From Candidatus Zambryskiibacteriota bacterium (GTDB lineage Bacteria > Patescibacteriota > Minisyncoccia > Phycocordibacterales > WO2-35-19): 64,000 nt of DNA. The DNA is taken from assembly GCA_963840745.1 (NCBI GenBank), contig CAWJAC010000006.1, positions 33,947 through 97,946 of the forward strand. Direction: 5' to 3'. The notes under the pieces were generated by a model. That model saw nothing but the letters and a program-made list of their open reading frames with translations. It did not search any database and was not told the origin of the DNA. The position numbers and the translations under genes were made by a program. Positions 55,085 through 64,000 of this stretch are shown piece after piece. Positions within the stretch are counted from its first letter, which is position 1; each line of letters starts with the position of its first letter.

Positions 55085-56152
55085 ATGTTCAAAGAGAAAT
55101 TGGAGCAATGGAAACGCGTTTTGCGCAATGATATAGGTATTGATTTGGGAACGGCCAATATGCTGGTTTATGTGCGCGGCAAAGGCATCATCTTAAACGA
55201 GCCCTCGGTGGTTGCCGTCAATCAAAAAACCGGTCAGGTCGTCGCTGTCGGAGCGGAAGCAAAAAATATGCTCGGCCGAACGCCGCCGCACATTATCGCG
55301 GTGCGGCCCATTGTTGATGGAGTTATTTCTGATTTTGAAGTAACGGAAGAAATGATTCATTACCTTTTAAACAAAGCTCAAGCGATATCAAAAAAAATAT
55401 TAGGACCGAGAGTGGTAGTAGGAGTGCCTTCCGGTATTACCAATGTGGAGACAAGAGCAGTCAGAGATGCTACCAGAAATGTTGGGGCCAGCGAAGTGCA
55501 CATAGTAGAAGAGCCTATGGCGGCTGCTATTGGCATGCACTTGCCAATAAACGAACCTATTGGCAATATGGTTATTGACATAGGGGGCGGCACGGCTGAT
55601 ATTGCCGTCATATCTTTGGGGGGTGTTGTCAGTTCTAAAAATGTGCGCATCGCCGGAGACAAATTAAATAATGACATTGCTTCTTATATAAGAAGCGAAT
55701 TTAAAATAGTTATTGGAGAAAAAACGGCTGAAAGCATTAAAATAGCCATCTGCTCTCTTTTGCCGGAAGAATCTCCGCTCGAGACATCTGCCAGAGGTCG
55801 GGATCTTATCACCGGACTGCCGCGGGAAGTGGTGGTCACTGATTCCGATGTGAGAGATGCAGTTTCGCGTTCAATTGAAAGGCTGGTTGAAGCTACCAAA
55901 GAAGTACTGGAAATCACTCCGCCGGAAATACTTTCTGATATTATGCATCGCGGCATTTATCTTGCCGGCGGGGGTGCTCTTATAAAAGGGTTTTCCAAAG
56001 TTTTGGAACAAGAAATAAAAATACCGGTTTATATTGCAGATGATCCTCTAACTTGTGTGGTTCGCGGTACCGGCATAATTTTGGAAAAACTTGAGAAGTT
56101 CAAAGAAATATTAATTACTGATGAAAATGACATTTCTAATAAAGCATACTAA
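55085..56152 (+). CDS. mreB: Rod shape-determining protein MreB (paralog 2)
   Basis: IGIDLGTANMLV, DIGGGTADIAVISLGG, LAGGGALIKG. Confidence 0.9.
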   Translation: MFKEKLEQWKRVLRNDIGIDLGTANMLVYVRGKGIILNEPSVVAVNQKTGQVVAVGAEAKNMLGRTPPHIIAVRPIVDGVISDFEVTEEMIHYLLNKAQAISKKILGPRVVVGVPSGITNVETRAVRDATRNVGASEVHIVEEPMAAAIGMHLPINEPIGNMVIDIGGGTADIAVISLGGVVSSKNVRIAGDKLNNDIASYIRSEFKIVIGEKTAESIKIAICSLLPEESPLETSARGRDLITGLPREVVVTDSDVRDAVSRSIERLVEATKEVLEITPPEILSDIMHRGIYLAGGGALIKGFSKVLEQEIKIPVYIADDPLTCVVRGTGIILEKLEKFKEILITDENDISNKAY

Positions 56153-56933
56153 ACAAAACTTATTTGAAAGAAGTTTTTTTAAAATACTCATAATATTTTT
56201 ACTGATTTTAATATTTGTTTTTACATTCGGTTTTTCTAATACGGTCCGTTCTTTGGCATTAAACACTCTGTCTCCTTTATTTTCTACCGGTGATTATTTT
56301 TATAAAAATCTAGATCAAATACCAAATTTCTTTTCTGACAAAAATAAACTAATGGAAGAAAATACGGCATTATCGTCAGAATTAGAAAATTTACGTATTA
56401 GTATTGCCGATTATGAATCCATAAAATCTGAAAACCAAGTTTTACGCGAAGAGCTTAAAATAAAGCCGGCAGAAAATTCTATAACAGCTGCAGTTTACGC
56501 CAGACCTCCACAAATACCGCTCGATTCCTTGCTTTTAGATAAGGGTATGGCGGATGGATTAAATAACGGTGATCTGATTTTGGCCGGTGAAAGAGTTTTG
56601 ATCGGCAAAATTGTCAAAGTTTCCAAAAACAGAGCAACGGCAGCTCTCAATTCTTTTGTCGGAGCCACTACTTATGGTTATATAGCCAGAACCAATGAAC
56701 CAATAGAAGTGAGTGGGGTAGGTGGCGGCGGCATAGAAGCCAAAGTACCCATCGATTTTGATATCGCAGTCGGAGATCAAATAATGACAACTGGTTCTGT
56801 TCGATATCTAACTGCAGTTGTCGGATCAATCGAAGAAGATCGTTCATCTGGTATTAAAAATGTTTTGATGTCTTTGCCGGTCAACGTCTCAGAAGTTAAC
56901 ATTGTATTCATCTCTCCCCTTATTAGCGAGTAA
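56121..56933 (+). CDS. mreC: Rod shape-determining protein MreC
   Basis: TM segment, coiled coil (ENTALSSELENLR), beta-rich C-terminus. Position between mreB and mreD. Confidence 0.7.
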   Translation: MKMTFLIKHTKQNLFERSFFKILIIFLLILIFVFTFGFSNTVRSLALNTLSPLFSTGDYFYKNLDQIPNFFSDKNKLMEENTALSSELENLRISIADYESIKSENQVLREELKIKPAENSITAAVYARPPQIPLDSLLLDKGMADGLNNGDLILAGERVLIGKIVKVSKNRATAALNSFVGATTYGYIARTNEPIEVSGVGGGGIEAKVPIDFDIAVGDQIMTTGSVRYLTAVVGSIEEDRSSGIKNVLMSLPVNVSEVNIVFISPLISE

Positions 56934-56946
56934 TTTTAATTAAATA

Positions 56947-57207
56947 ATGTACAGAGTTTTATTTTTTATCGCTATTATAATTATTCCGGTTATTTTCAGC
57001 TGGTGGCTTTTTATACCGATGGCTTTGCTTTATGTTTATCTCGCCAAATTGCCGTATGAAATGATATTGGCCGGAATCATACTTGACTCTGTTTATTATT
57101 TTGGCAATGGATTTTGGGCTAAATACCCATTAACCATATTTTCTCTAATCCTCATTATTTTAGCTTTCTTTTTGAGCAAAAGAATCCATTGGTCGGAAGT
57201 TATATAA
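56947..57207 (+). CDS. mreD: MreD-like small membrane protein
   Basis: 86 aa, 3 hydrophobic segments. Call rests on synteny after mreC. Confidence 0.5.
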   Translation: MYRVLFFIAIIIIPVIFSWWLFIPMALLYVYLAKLPYEMILAGIILDSVYYFGNGFWAKYPLTIFSLILIILAFFLSKRIHWSEVI

Positions 57208-57219
57208 TACAAAATAAAC

Positions 57220-58935
57220 ATGATCGGGACTTTTAAAAGGATTACACACAAGTTTAAGAAGAGGAATTACAAGGACATAGATCCCGATGAAATTTTTCTT
57301 GACTCAAAAAATCTGCCGGAGTTTGATGCTAATCAGTTTGAAGGCCGATTGGAAAAGCCGATTTCTCCAAAAGCCTTTACGATTTTTGGTGTCGTCTGCC
57401 TTTTTGTAGTTACTGTTTTTTTGATAAAATTCGGATCTTTACAAATAGTTCAAGGTTCTGAATATAGAGAAAGAAGCGAAAATAATATGTTGAAGCAGAT
57501 CTTGATAGTGGCCCCAAGGGGCGCCATATATAGTCGAGACGGAGTTGAACTTGCCTGGAACAAACAATCCGAAATTGGAGATGATTATCCATTGCGCGAG
57601 TATATTGGGGTCTCGGGTTTTGGGAGTCTTCTAGGATTTGTAAAATATCCGGCTAAGGACAAGTCAGGATTTTATTACGAAGAAGAAATTTTACCAAAAG
57701 ACGGAGCGGAACTTTATTTGAATGAAATACTTGCCGGCAAAAATGGCTCAAAGCTCACCGAGACTTCTGTTAGCGGAGAAATAATTTCTCAAAGCGTTGC
57801 AGAGCCTCCTCAAAATGGTGAGAACGCGACTCTTTCAATAGACAGTCGGGTTCAGCAAAAATTTTACGAAATAATGAGCGGCTTGGCTGGTCAAGTCGGT
57901 TTCCAGGGCGGAGCCGGAGTGATTATGGACGTGAATTCAGGAGAAATATTGGCCATGAGCAGCTTTCCTAGTTATGATTCTGCGACAATGACTCTCGGCA
58001 GCGATGTGCAGAAAATAGAAAGTTATTACAATGACCCGAGTAATCCATTTTTAAACAGGGTGATATCGGGACTTTATGCTCCGGGTTCAATAGTCAAACC
58101 ATTTTTGGCTTTGGCCGCTCTGCAGGAAAAAGTTATTACTCCGGAAAAGATAATAATCAGCACCGGCCAAATTGAAGTACCCAACCCGTATGATTCTAGT
58201 AAGCCTTCTATTTTTAAGGACTGGAGAGTCAATGGTCCGGTGGATATGAGACGCGCTATCGCTGTTTCTTCAGATGTTTATTTTTATGAAATTGGCGGCG
58301 GATTTGGCGACCAGCCCGGGCTTGGTATAGACAGAATTAAAAAATATTTGGAAGCTTTTGGTTTTACTAAAAAAACAGGATTTGATACCCAAAAAGAGGC
58401 GACTGGTGTAATTCCCGATCCGGCCTGGAAAGCAAAAACTTTCCCGGGTGATATGTGGCGAATTGGGGATACTTACAATACCGCTATCGGTCAATATGGC
58501 GTTCAGATCACTCCCATCCAGGCGGTGGTTGCCGTCTCTGCCATCGCCAATGGGGGAACATTGCTGACTCCGTCGATGCTTTTTACTTCCACTTCTACAG
58601 TTGCAACAGGAACAAAAGTTCCCATAGACCAAGCAAATTTTCAAATAGTGAGAGAAGGAATGCGACAAGGTGTGACTGAAGGCGGCACAGCTGCCGGTTT
58701 AAATACCAGCGGCGTTGATGTTGCCGGTAAAACCGGTACGGCGGAGTTGGGTTCAAAAAAGCAATTTGTAAATTCTTGGGTCATAGGCTTTTTCCCTTAC
58801 GAAAAACCCAAATATGCTTTTGCAGTTGTTATGGAAAAGGGCCCGGTCACAAATCTTCTTGGCGGCACCTACGTCATGCGCACTCTCCTCGACTGGATGG
58901 CGATCAACACGCCGGAGTATTTGAAGAATGAATAA
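57220..58935 (+). CDS. mrdA: Penicillin-binding protein 2 (class B transpeptidase)
   Basis: APGSIVKP (SxxK), SSDVYF (SxN-like), GKTGTAE (KTG). Confidence 0.85.
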   Translation: MIGTFKRITHKFKKRNYKDIDPDEIFLDSKNLPEFDANQFEGRLEKPISPKAFTIFGVVCLFVVTVFLIKFGSLQIVQGSEYRERSENNMLKQILIVAPRGAIYSRDGVELAWNKQSEIGDDYPLREYIGVSGFGSLLGFVKYPAKDKSGFYYEEEILPKDGAELYLNEILAGKNGSKLTETSVSGEIISQSVAEPPQNGENATLSIDSRVQQKFYEIMSGLAGQVGFQGGAGVIMDVNSGEILAMSSFPSYDSATMTLGSDVQKIESYYNDPSNPFLNRVISGLYAPGSIVKPFLALAALQEKVITPEKIIISTGQIEVPNPYDSSKPSIFKDWRVNGPVDMRRAIAVSSDVYFYEIGGGFGDQPGLGIDRIKKYLEAFGFTKKTGFDTQKEATGVIPDPAWKAKTFPGDMWRIGDTYNTAIGQYGVQITPIQAVVAVSAIANGGTLLTPSMLFTSTSTVATGTKVPIDQANFQIVREGMRQGVTEGGTAAGLNTSGVDVAGKTGTAELGSKKQFVNSWVIGFFPYEKPKYAFAVVMEKGPVTNLLGGTYVMRTLLDWMAINTPEYLKNE

Positions 58936-58950
58936 AGTATAATTAAAAAT

Positions 58951-60156
58951 ATGAAATCTGTTTTTAAAAATATTTTAGTTAAAATTTTGGGATGGCAGGT
59001 CAGGAGGTTAAGAAAGAAAAATGATTTTAAAATTATAGGAGTGGTAGGGAGCATAGGAAAGACGAGTACCAAATTGGCTATTGCCAAAGTTTTGGAATCG
59101 GGGAAGAAGGTGAGATATCAGGAGGGAAATTACAATGAGATAATAAGCGTACCCCTGATATTTTTTGGCCACAAAATGCCGGAGATTTGGAATATTTTTG
59201 AATGGATAAAAATTATTTTTCAAAATGAGTGGCAAATATGGAGAGAATTTCCTTTTGATGTTGTAGTGACAGAACTTGGTACTGACGCGCCGGGGCAGAT
59301 AAGCCAATTTAGAAAGTATTTACTTTTGGATATTGCTGTTATTACTGCTATCGCTCCGGAGCATATGGAATTTTTTAAAACTATTGAAAATGTTGCTGAA
59401 GAAGAGTGGTCCGTGAGATATTTTAGCGATCTCACCTTTGTAAACAGGAATTTATGTCGGATTTTACCTAAAGATTTTGACCACAGCAATGTAATTTTTT
59501 ACGGCAAAGATTTTGACCCTATTTATAAATATGAAGCAGTCTCTCCGGTGCAATTATATTCTATAAGTATAGCTATTATTATTGCCAAAAATTTAAATAT
59601 TTCTAATGACAAAATTATAAAAGCTGTGAGCGAAATAAAAAGTTTTTCAGGCAGAATGGCTAAACTGAAAGGAATAAAAAATTCCACAATAATAGACGAC
59701 ACTTATAATGCCAGCCCCGATGCAGTCAAAATGGCTCTTGATACTCTCTATAATTGGCCAGCTTCGCAGAGAATAGCCATTTTGGGAATGATGAATGAGC
59801 TTGGCGCTGTATCGGAAGAAGAACACAAAAAAGTGGGGCAATATTGCAATCCTAAATTTTTGGATTTTGTCGTGACAGTTGGCAAAGATGCAGATCTATT
59901 TTTAGCCAAGGCAGCAAAAGAAAACGGCTGTTTAGTTTACGAAGCAAAAAACTCTACTGATGCCGGCAAATTTGTAGCGGAAAAAATAAAAGAAGGCGCC
60001 GTCATTTTAGCCAAGGGTTCCCAAAATGGGGTTTTTACCGAAGAAGCTCTTAAACCTCTACTTGCCGACAAATCAGACATTTCCAAGCTCGTCCGCCAAG
60101 ACAAATATTGGATGGACAAAAAACAGTTGACCCCACTCAGCGAGGTTGACTTTTAA
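58951..60156 (+). CDS. murF: Mur ligase family protein (MurF-like)
   Basis: IIGVVGSIGKTSTK P-loop, GNYNEIISVPL, DDTYNASPDA. Confidence 0.6.
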   Translation: MKSVFKNILVKILGWQVRRLRKKNDFKIIGVVGSIGKTSTKLAIAKVLESGKKVRYQEGNYNEIISVPLIFFGHKMPEIWNIFEWIKIIFQNEWQIWREFPFDVVVTELGTDAPGQISQFRKYLLLDIAVITAIAPEHMEFFKTIENVAEEEWSVRYFSDLTFVNRNLCRILPKDFDHSNVIFYGKDFDPIYKYEAVSPVQLYSISIAIIIAKNLNISNDKIIKAVSEIKSFSGRMAKLKGIKNSTIIDDTYNASPDAVKMALDTLYNWPASQRIAILGMMNELGAVSEEEHKKVGQYCNPKFLDFVVTVGKDADLFLAKAAKENGCLVYEAKNSTDAGKFVAEKIKEGAVILAKGSQNGVFTEEALKPLLADKSDISKLVRQDKYWMDKKQLTPLSEVDF

Positions 60157-60201
60157 CTCTAACCGCCTATAATACTGATTCCATTATTTTAATTTAATAA
60201 C

Positions 60202-60666
60202 ATGGAGGAAAAAGAATACCTGACAAAAGAAAAATATAAGACTCTTTCTGAAGAGTTTGATTATTTGAGGAAAACAAAGCGCAGAGAAGTAGCTGAGCAA
60301 TTGGAATACGCCAAATCTTTGGGCGATCTTTCCGAAAATGCCGAGTACCACGAGGCACGCGATATGCAGGGGGTGGTGGAAGACAGGATTCAAAAATTGG
60401 AAGATATCCTTAAAAATGCCGTCATAATATCTTCCCATGGAACCGAAGCTGTTGTCATCGGATCTGAAGTGACGGTAACTAAAAACGAGAATAAAGATGA
60501 AAAAATATACACAATAGTCGGGGGTGAAGAGTCGGATCTTTTTTTGGGCAAAATATCAGTACATTCTCCGTTCGGGGAAGCTATAATGGGTAAGAAAAAA
60601 GGCGAGTCTTTCACCTATAATGCACCTTCCGGCCCTATCACTTATAAAATAATTGAGATAAAATAG
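60202..60666 (+). CDS. greA: Transcription elongation factor GreA
   Basis: GDLSENAEYHEARD, C-terminal VHSPFGEAIMGKKKGE. Confidence 0.9.
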   Translation: MEEKEYLTKEKYKTLSEEFDYLRKTKRREVAEQLEYAKSLGDLSENAEYHEARDMQGVVEDRIQKLEDILKNAVIISSHGTEAVVIGSEVTVTKNENKDEKIYTIVGGEESDLFLGKISVHSPFGEAIMGKKKGESFTYNAPSGPITYKIIEIK

Positions 60667-60670
60667 AAGC

Positions 60671-62152
60671 ATGGCTTCTTTGGAAGAAATCCGTGCCGCT
60701 AGGTTAAAAAAACTAGAGACTCTTAAAGGAATGGGTGTTGATCCTTATCCCGCAAAAACAGAGAGGGATTTTGAAATTGGGAAATTAGTAGAAAACTTTG
60801 AAAAATTACTGAACGAAAATAAAAAAGTAACCATTGCCGGCAGAATAATGGCTCTGCGGGCCCAGGGGGCGATTATCTTTTGCGATCTTTTTGACGGTAC
60901 CCATTTGACAGGCTCAGGGCAAGTGGGTAAGTTCCAAATATTATTAAAAAAAGGCGAGGGGGTTGATGAAAAAAGTTTTGATTTATTTTTGGAGGTGGTT
61001 GATATAGGAGACTTCATTCAGGCGACTGGCACTCTTTTTACCACCAAAAGGGAAGAAAAGACTCTCCAAGTTTCCAGTTGGAAAATGCTGACCAAAAGCT
61101 TGCGGCCGCTGCCCGAGAAATGGCACGGTCTTACCGATATAGAAGAACGTTATCGTAGAAGATATTTGGATTTTTTGATGGATAGCGAATTGCGGGATTT
61201 GATCGTCAAAAAATCCAAATTTTGGGATGTGACACGCGAGTTTATGAAAAAAGAAGGATTTTTGGAAGTGGAAACACCAACACTGGAACTGACAACCGGC
61301 GGGGCAGAGGCAGAACCGTTCAAGACGCATCACAACGATTTTGATTTGGATATGTATCTGCGCATTTCGGTCGGTGAGCTATGGCAAAAAAGGCTCATGG
61401 CGGCCGGTTTCCCCAAGACTTTTGAAATAGGCAGAATTTATAGAAACGAAGGCAGCAGCCTGGAACATTTGCAAGAATTTACCAATATGGAATTTTACTG
61501 GGGCTATGCTGACTACCGCGACGGCATGGAACTGGTAAAAAGACTTTATAGAAAAGTAGCTCAGGAGGTTTTTGGTAAAACAAAATTTACCACTCGCGGA
61601 CACACTTTTGATTTGGCGGATGAATGGGTTTTGATTGATTATACCGAAGAAATGAAAAAACAAATAAGCATCGATATAAATACCGCTACTGTAAAAGAAA
61701 TGGAGAAAAAGTTGGATGAACTTCATATAAAATACGAAGGTGAAAATAAAGAACGCCTGACAGATTCGCTTTGGAAATATTGCCGTAAAAATATTTCAGG
61801 CCCGGCCTTTTTGATCAATCACCCTGTTCTTATTGCACCTTTGGCAAAATCAAATCCAGATGGAAAGACTGTCCAAATGTTTCAGCCGATAATAGCCGGA
61901 AGTGAAATGGGCAGGGGATATTCGGAACTCAATGACCCAATGGACCAAAAATTGCGTTTTGAAGCTCAGCAAAAATTGATTGATTCGGGAGACAAAGAAG
62001 CCATGATGCCCGACTGGGAATTTGTAGAAATGCTCGAACATGGTATGCCTCCCACATGTGGATTTGGTTATCCAGAGAGACTCTTTGCTTTTCTCGCGGA
62101 CAAACCCGTCCGTGAACTGCAAACTTTCCCTCTCATGCGTCCGAAAGAATAA
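60671..62152 (+). CDS. lysS: Lysyl-tRNA synthetase (class II)
   Basis: 493 aa. ERYRRRYLD, FLEVETP, IGRIYRNEG, PPTCGFG. Confidence 0.9.
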   Translation: MASLEEIRAARLKKLETLKGMGVDPYPAKTERDFEIGKLVENFEKLLNENKKVTIAGRIMALRAQGAIIFCDLFDGTHLTGSGQVGKFQILLKKGEGVDEKSFDLFLEVVDIGDFIQATGTLFTTKREEKTLQVSSWKMLTKSLRPLPEKWHGLTDIEERYRRRYLDFLMDSELRDLIVKKSKFWDVTREFMKKEGFLEVETPTLELTTGGAEAEPFKTHHNDFDLDMYLRISVGELWQKRLMAAGFPKTFEIGRIYRNEGSSLEHLQEFTNMEFYWGYADYRDGMELVKRLYRKVAQEVFGKTKFTTRGHTFDLADEWVLIDYTEEMKKQISIDINTATVKEMEKKLDELHIKYEGENKERLTDSLWKYCRKNISGPAFLINHPVLIAPLAKSNPDGKTVQMFQPIIAGSEMGRGYSELNDPMDQKLRFEAQQKLIDSGDKEAMMPDWEFVEMLEHGMPPTCGFGYPERLFAFLADKPVRELQTFPLMRPKE

Positions 62153-62269
62153 TTTAAAAAAATCTAAACTCAAAAATCCGCTCTAAAATATGGCGGATTT
62201 TTGTTTTATAGAAAAGAAAATAAGTTATCCACTTATCCACAGGTGGAAGTGGTAGACGAGTATAGTGAG

Positions 62270-62309
62270 GTGGTATAAGATGGAACCAAGTGGGAAGAAG
62301 TGGATAACG
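62270..62309 (+). promoter_or_regulatory. Candidate MraZ operator: four (G/A)TGG boxes at 10-bp spacing
   Basis: GTGGTATAAG ATGGAACCAA GTGGGAAGAA GTGGATAACG, with boxes at 62270, 62280, 62290 and 62300. Two more GTGG at 62243 and 62249. Directly upstream of the mraZ ATG at 62334. Confidence 0.5.
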
Positions 62310-62333
62310 TGTTTTGGGGTAAATTTTAATCCA

Positions 62334-62771
62334 ATGCTCATAGGAGAATATACACACAGTATAGATGACAAGAACAGAGTTTCTCTGCCATCTAAGTTTC
62401 GTTCTCTTATGGGCAAGAAGATTGTAGTTACTCCAGGCTTGGATCAATGTTTGTTTGTCTTCACGGTTAAAGAGTGGGAAAAAATTTCAGAGAGGATGTC
62501 GGAGAATTCTTCAATGCTTAGTGCCGACATGAGGAGCTTCACCAGATATATGTTCGGTGGAGCAAGCGAAGTTGAAGTGGATAATATCGGACGAGTTCTA
62601 GTTCCGGATTTCCTGCGGGAGCGCGCCAATCTCAAAACCAAAGTGGTTTTGATTGGAGTGCAGAACCGGGTGGAAATATGGAACGAGAAGTCGTGGACCG
62701 ATTACAAGAAGCAAGTGGAGAAGGGAGCTGATAGTTTGGCAGAAAAATTATCAGGTCTGGGCATCATGTAA
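62334..62771 (+). CDS. mraZ: Transcriptional regulator MraZ
   Basis: MLIGEYTHSIDDKNRVSLPSKFR...LVPDFLRE (two SpoVT-AbrB halves). The ORF-track start at 62265 reads through the operator repeats and is unlikely. Confidence 0.85.
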   Translation: MLIGEYTHSIDDKNRVSLPSKFRSLMGKKIVVTPGLDQCLFVFTVKEWEKISERMSENSSMLSADMRSFTRYMFGGASEVEVDNIGRVLVPDFLRERANLKTKVVLIGVQNRVEIWNEKSWTDYKKQVEKGADSLAEKLSGLGIM

Positions 62772-62781
62772 GGATACACTT

Positions 62782-63681
62782 ATGGCTCACGAAAGTGTTC
62801 TTTTAAAAGAAACAATAGACGGACTCTCTCTTGTTGATGGAGACATCTACTTGGATGCTACTGTTGGTTCCGGCGGCCATATGGAGGAAGTTTGGAGAAG
62901 GATGAAAGATAGAGTGGTGATTTCTGGGATCGATGCGGATGAAATGTCCATTTCGATAGCCAAAGAAAAACTAGACCTATCCGGAGCCAAACCAAAACTT
63001 GCGGTGCTTAACTTTAGAAATATTGATAAAGCGCCTGAAATTCTTGGCATTCAAAATCCAACCAAAATTTTATTTGATCTTGGTTGGAGCACCGACCAAT
63101 TTGATGAAGGTGGAAGAGGTTTCAGCTTCCAAAAAGATGAGCCGCTCATCATGACTTTCAAAAGCAATGCTGGAGATGAAGACACGACCGCTTACGATGC
63201 AGTGAATTTTTGGAGTGAAGAAAATCTGGCGAGTGTTTTGTACGGATATGGAGAGGAAAGATATGGGAGGAGAATTGCCAAGGCCATTGTAGAGAGGAGG
63301 AGAGAGAAAGCCATTGAAACCTCAAGTGAGCTGTCTGAAATTGTGAAAAACGCGGTACCCATATTTTATCGCTTCGGCAGAATTAATCCGGCTACCAAGA
63401 CTTTTCAAGCCATACGAATAGCGGTTAACGACGAATTGCGCGCCTTGGAGGAAGGCATTAAAAAAGGCTTTGAAATTTTAGGGAATGGCGGGCGGATGGC
63501 GGTGATTTCATTTCATAGTTTGGAGGACAGAATAGTTAAGAATTCTTTCAAATCGTTAGCGGTAGAAAATAAAGGAGAAATTATAAATAAAAAGCCAATT
63601 ACGCCAAGCATTGATGAAATAAACAGAAATCCAAGATCTCGAAGCGCCAAACTGAGGATCCTTCAAAAAATTTCAGGATAA
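62782..63681 (+). CDS. rsmH: 16S rRNA (cytosine1402-N4)-methyltransferase RsmH
   Basis: MAHESVLLKETIDGL...YLDATVGSGGH...DLGWSTDQ...ISFHSLEDR. Confidence 0.9.
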   Translation: MAHESVLLKETIDGLSLVDGDIYLDATVGSGGHMEEVWRRMKDRVVISGIDADEMSISIAKEKLDLSGAKPKLAVLNFRNIDKAPEILGIQNPTKILFDLGWSTDQFDEGGRGFSFQKDEPLIMTFKSNAGDEDTTAYDAVNFWSEENLASVLYGYGEERYGRRIAKAIVERRREKAIETSSELSEIVKNAVPIFYRFGRINPATKTFQAIRIAVNDELRALEEGIKKGFEILGNGGRMAVISFHSLEDRIVKNSFKSLAVENKGEIINKKPITPSIDEINRNPRSRSAKLRILQKISG

Positions 63682-63689
63682 ATAAAAAA

Positions 63690-64000
63690 ATGAACAATAT
63701 TATAATACAAAGAACAAAAGCGCTGGTGATGCATAAAACCTCTAATTATGCATTGATCGCTCTTATTTTTGCTGCTGCTCTCTCTTATGTATATTTTGCA
63801 AATGTGGCTGTTCGCACTCTGACTGTTCTCCAAAAAACCAATGAGCAGGTTCAATCTCTAAGTGTAGAAGTAAGTGAGATGGAATCAGAGCACCTTTCAG
63901 TTGAAAATAATATAAATGCAGCAAAAGCAGTGCAACTCGGTTTTGTGGAGGTTAATAATCCGACCTTTATAATGAAAACTTCTAAAAATACTGCTCTTTC
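63690..64000 (+). CDS. FtsL-like small membrane protein, partial (runs off window)
   Basis: Own translation from ATG 63690: MNNIIIQRTKALVMHKTSNYALIALIFAAALSYVYFANV...QSLSVEVSEMESE. A TM segment plus coiled coil in the dcw position after rsmH. Confidence 0.5.
   Translation, partial: MNNIIIQRTKALVMHKTSNYALIALIFAAALSYVYFANVAVRTLTVLQKTNEQVQSLSVEVSEMESEHLSVENNINAAKAVQLGFVEVNNPTFIMKTSKNTAL

Noticed and set aside
62265-62781. ORF-track N-terminal extensions of MraZ (from 62265) and RsmH (from 62653).
   Set aside because: The extensions read through the phased operator repeats and through the end of mraZ respectively. The conserved protein starts (MLIGEYTHS, MAHESVLL) are at internal ATGs 62334 and 62782.

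Overview
AT-rich, tightly packed bacterial window with small genes. The gene content looks like a reduced fermentative genome of the Patescibacteria/CPR type; that assignment is inference from gene content only. Core backbone: relA/spoT fragment, topA, dprA, serS, ftsQ, a Clp/Hsp100-type ATPase, dus, a 2-oxoacid:ferredoxin oxidoreductase with ADP-forming acetyl-CoA synthetase, a ferredoxin/NifS/NifU block, tRNA-Asn, two efflux systems, fmt-def-priA, two mreB paralogs with mreC/mreD/PBP2/murF-like, frr, rseP, proS, greA, lysS, and the start of the dcw cluster (mraZ-rsmH-ftsL-like).

Main items for a second look:
1. A six-cysteine SCIFF/ranthipeptide-like precursor, with a convergent SPASM radical-SAM enzyme and an HExxH protein, lies just downstream of tRNA-Asn.
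2. Next to it is an orphan promoter-to-terminator structured RNA of about 560 nt. I cannot assign it to RNase P, tmRNA, SRP or group II intron signatures.
3. A hairpin element with a conserved loop and a covarying stem occurs twice. One copy, as an 80-nt insert, breaks the dus reading frame.
4. A RAYT transposase is bracketed by REP hairpins. Related palindromes sit in frame inside acetyl-CoA synthetase and priA.
5. A mosaic accessory island (about 12.2-20.9 kb) is punctuated by four copies of a promoter-bearing module. It carries two damaged NYN-domain genes, a decayed IS481-like element and visibly GC-richer, probably foreign, secreted or small ORFs.
6. The [NiFe]-hydrogenase large subunit is heavily eroded.

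Many conserved genes, including serS, fmt and topA, carry single indels or an in-frame stop. Several sit at homopolymers, so assembly error is a serious alternative to biology. All calls come from reading the sequence and ORF track. No database search or folding program was run.
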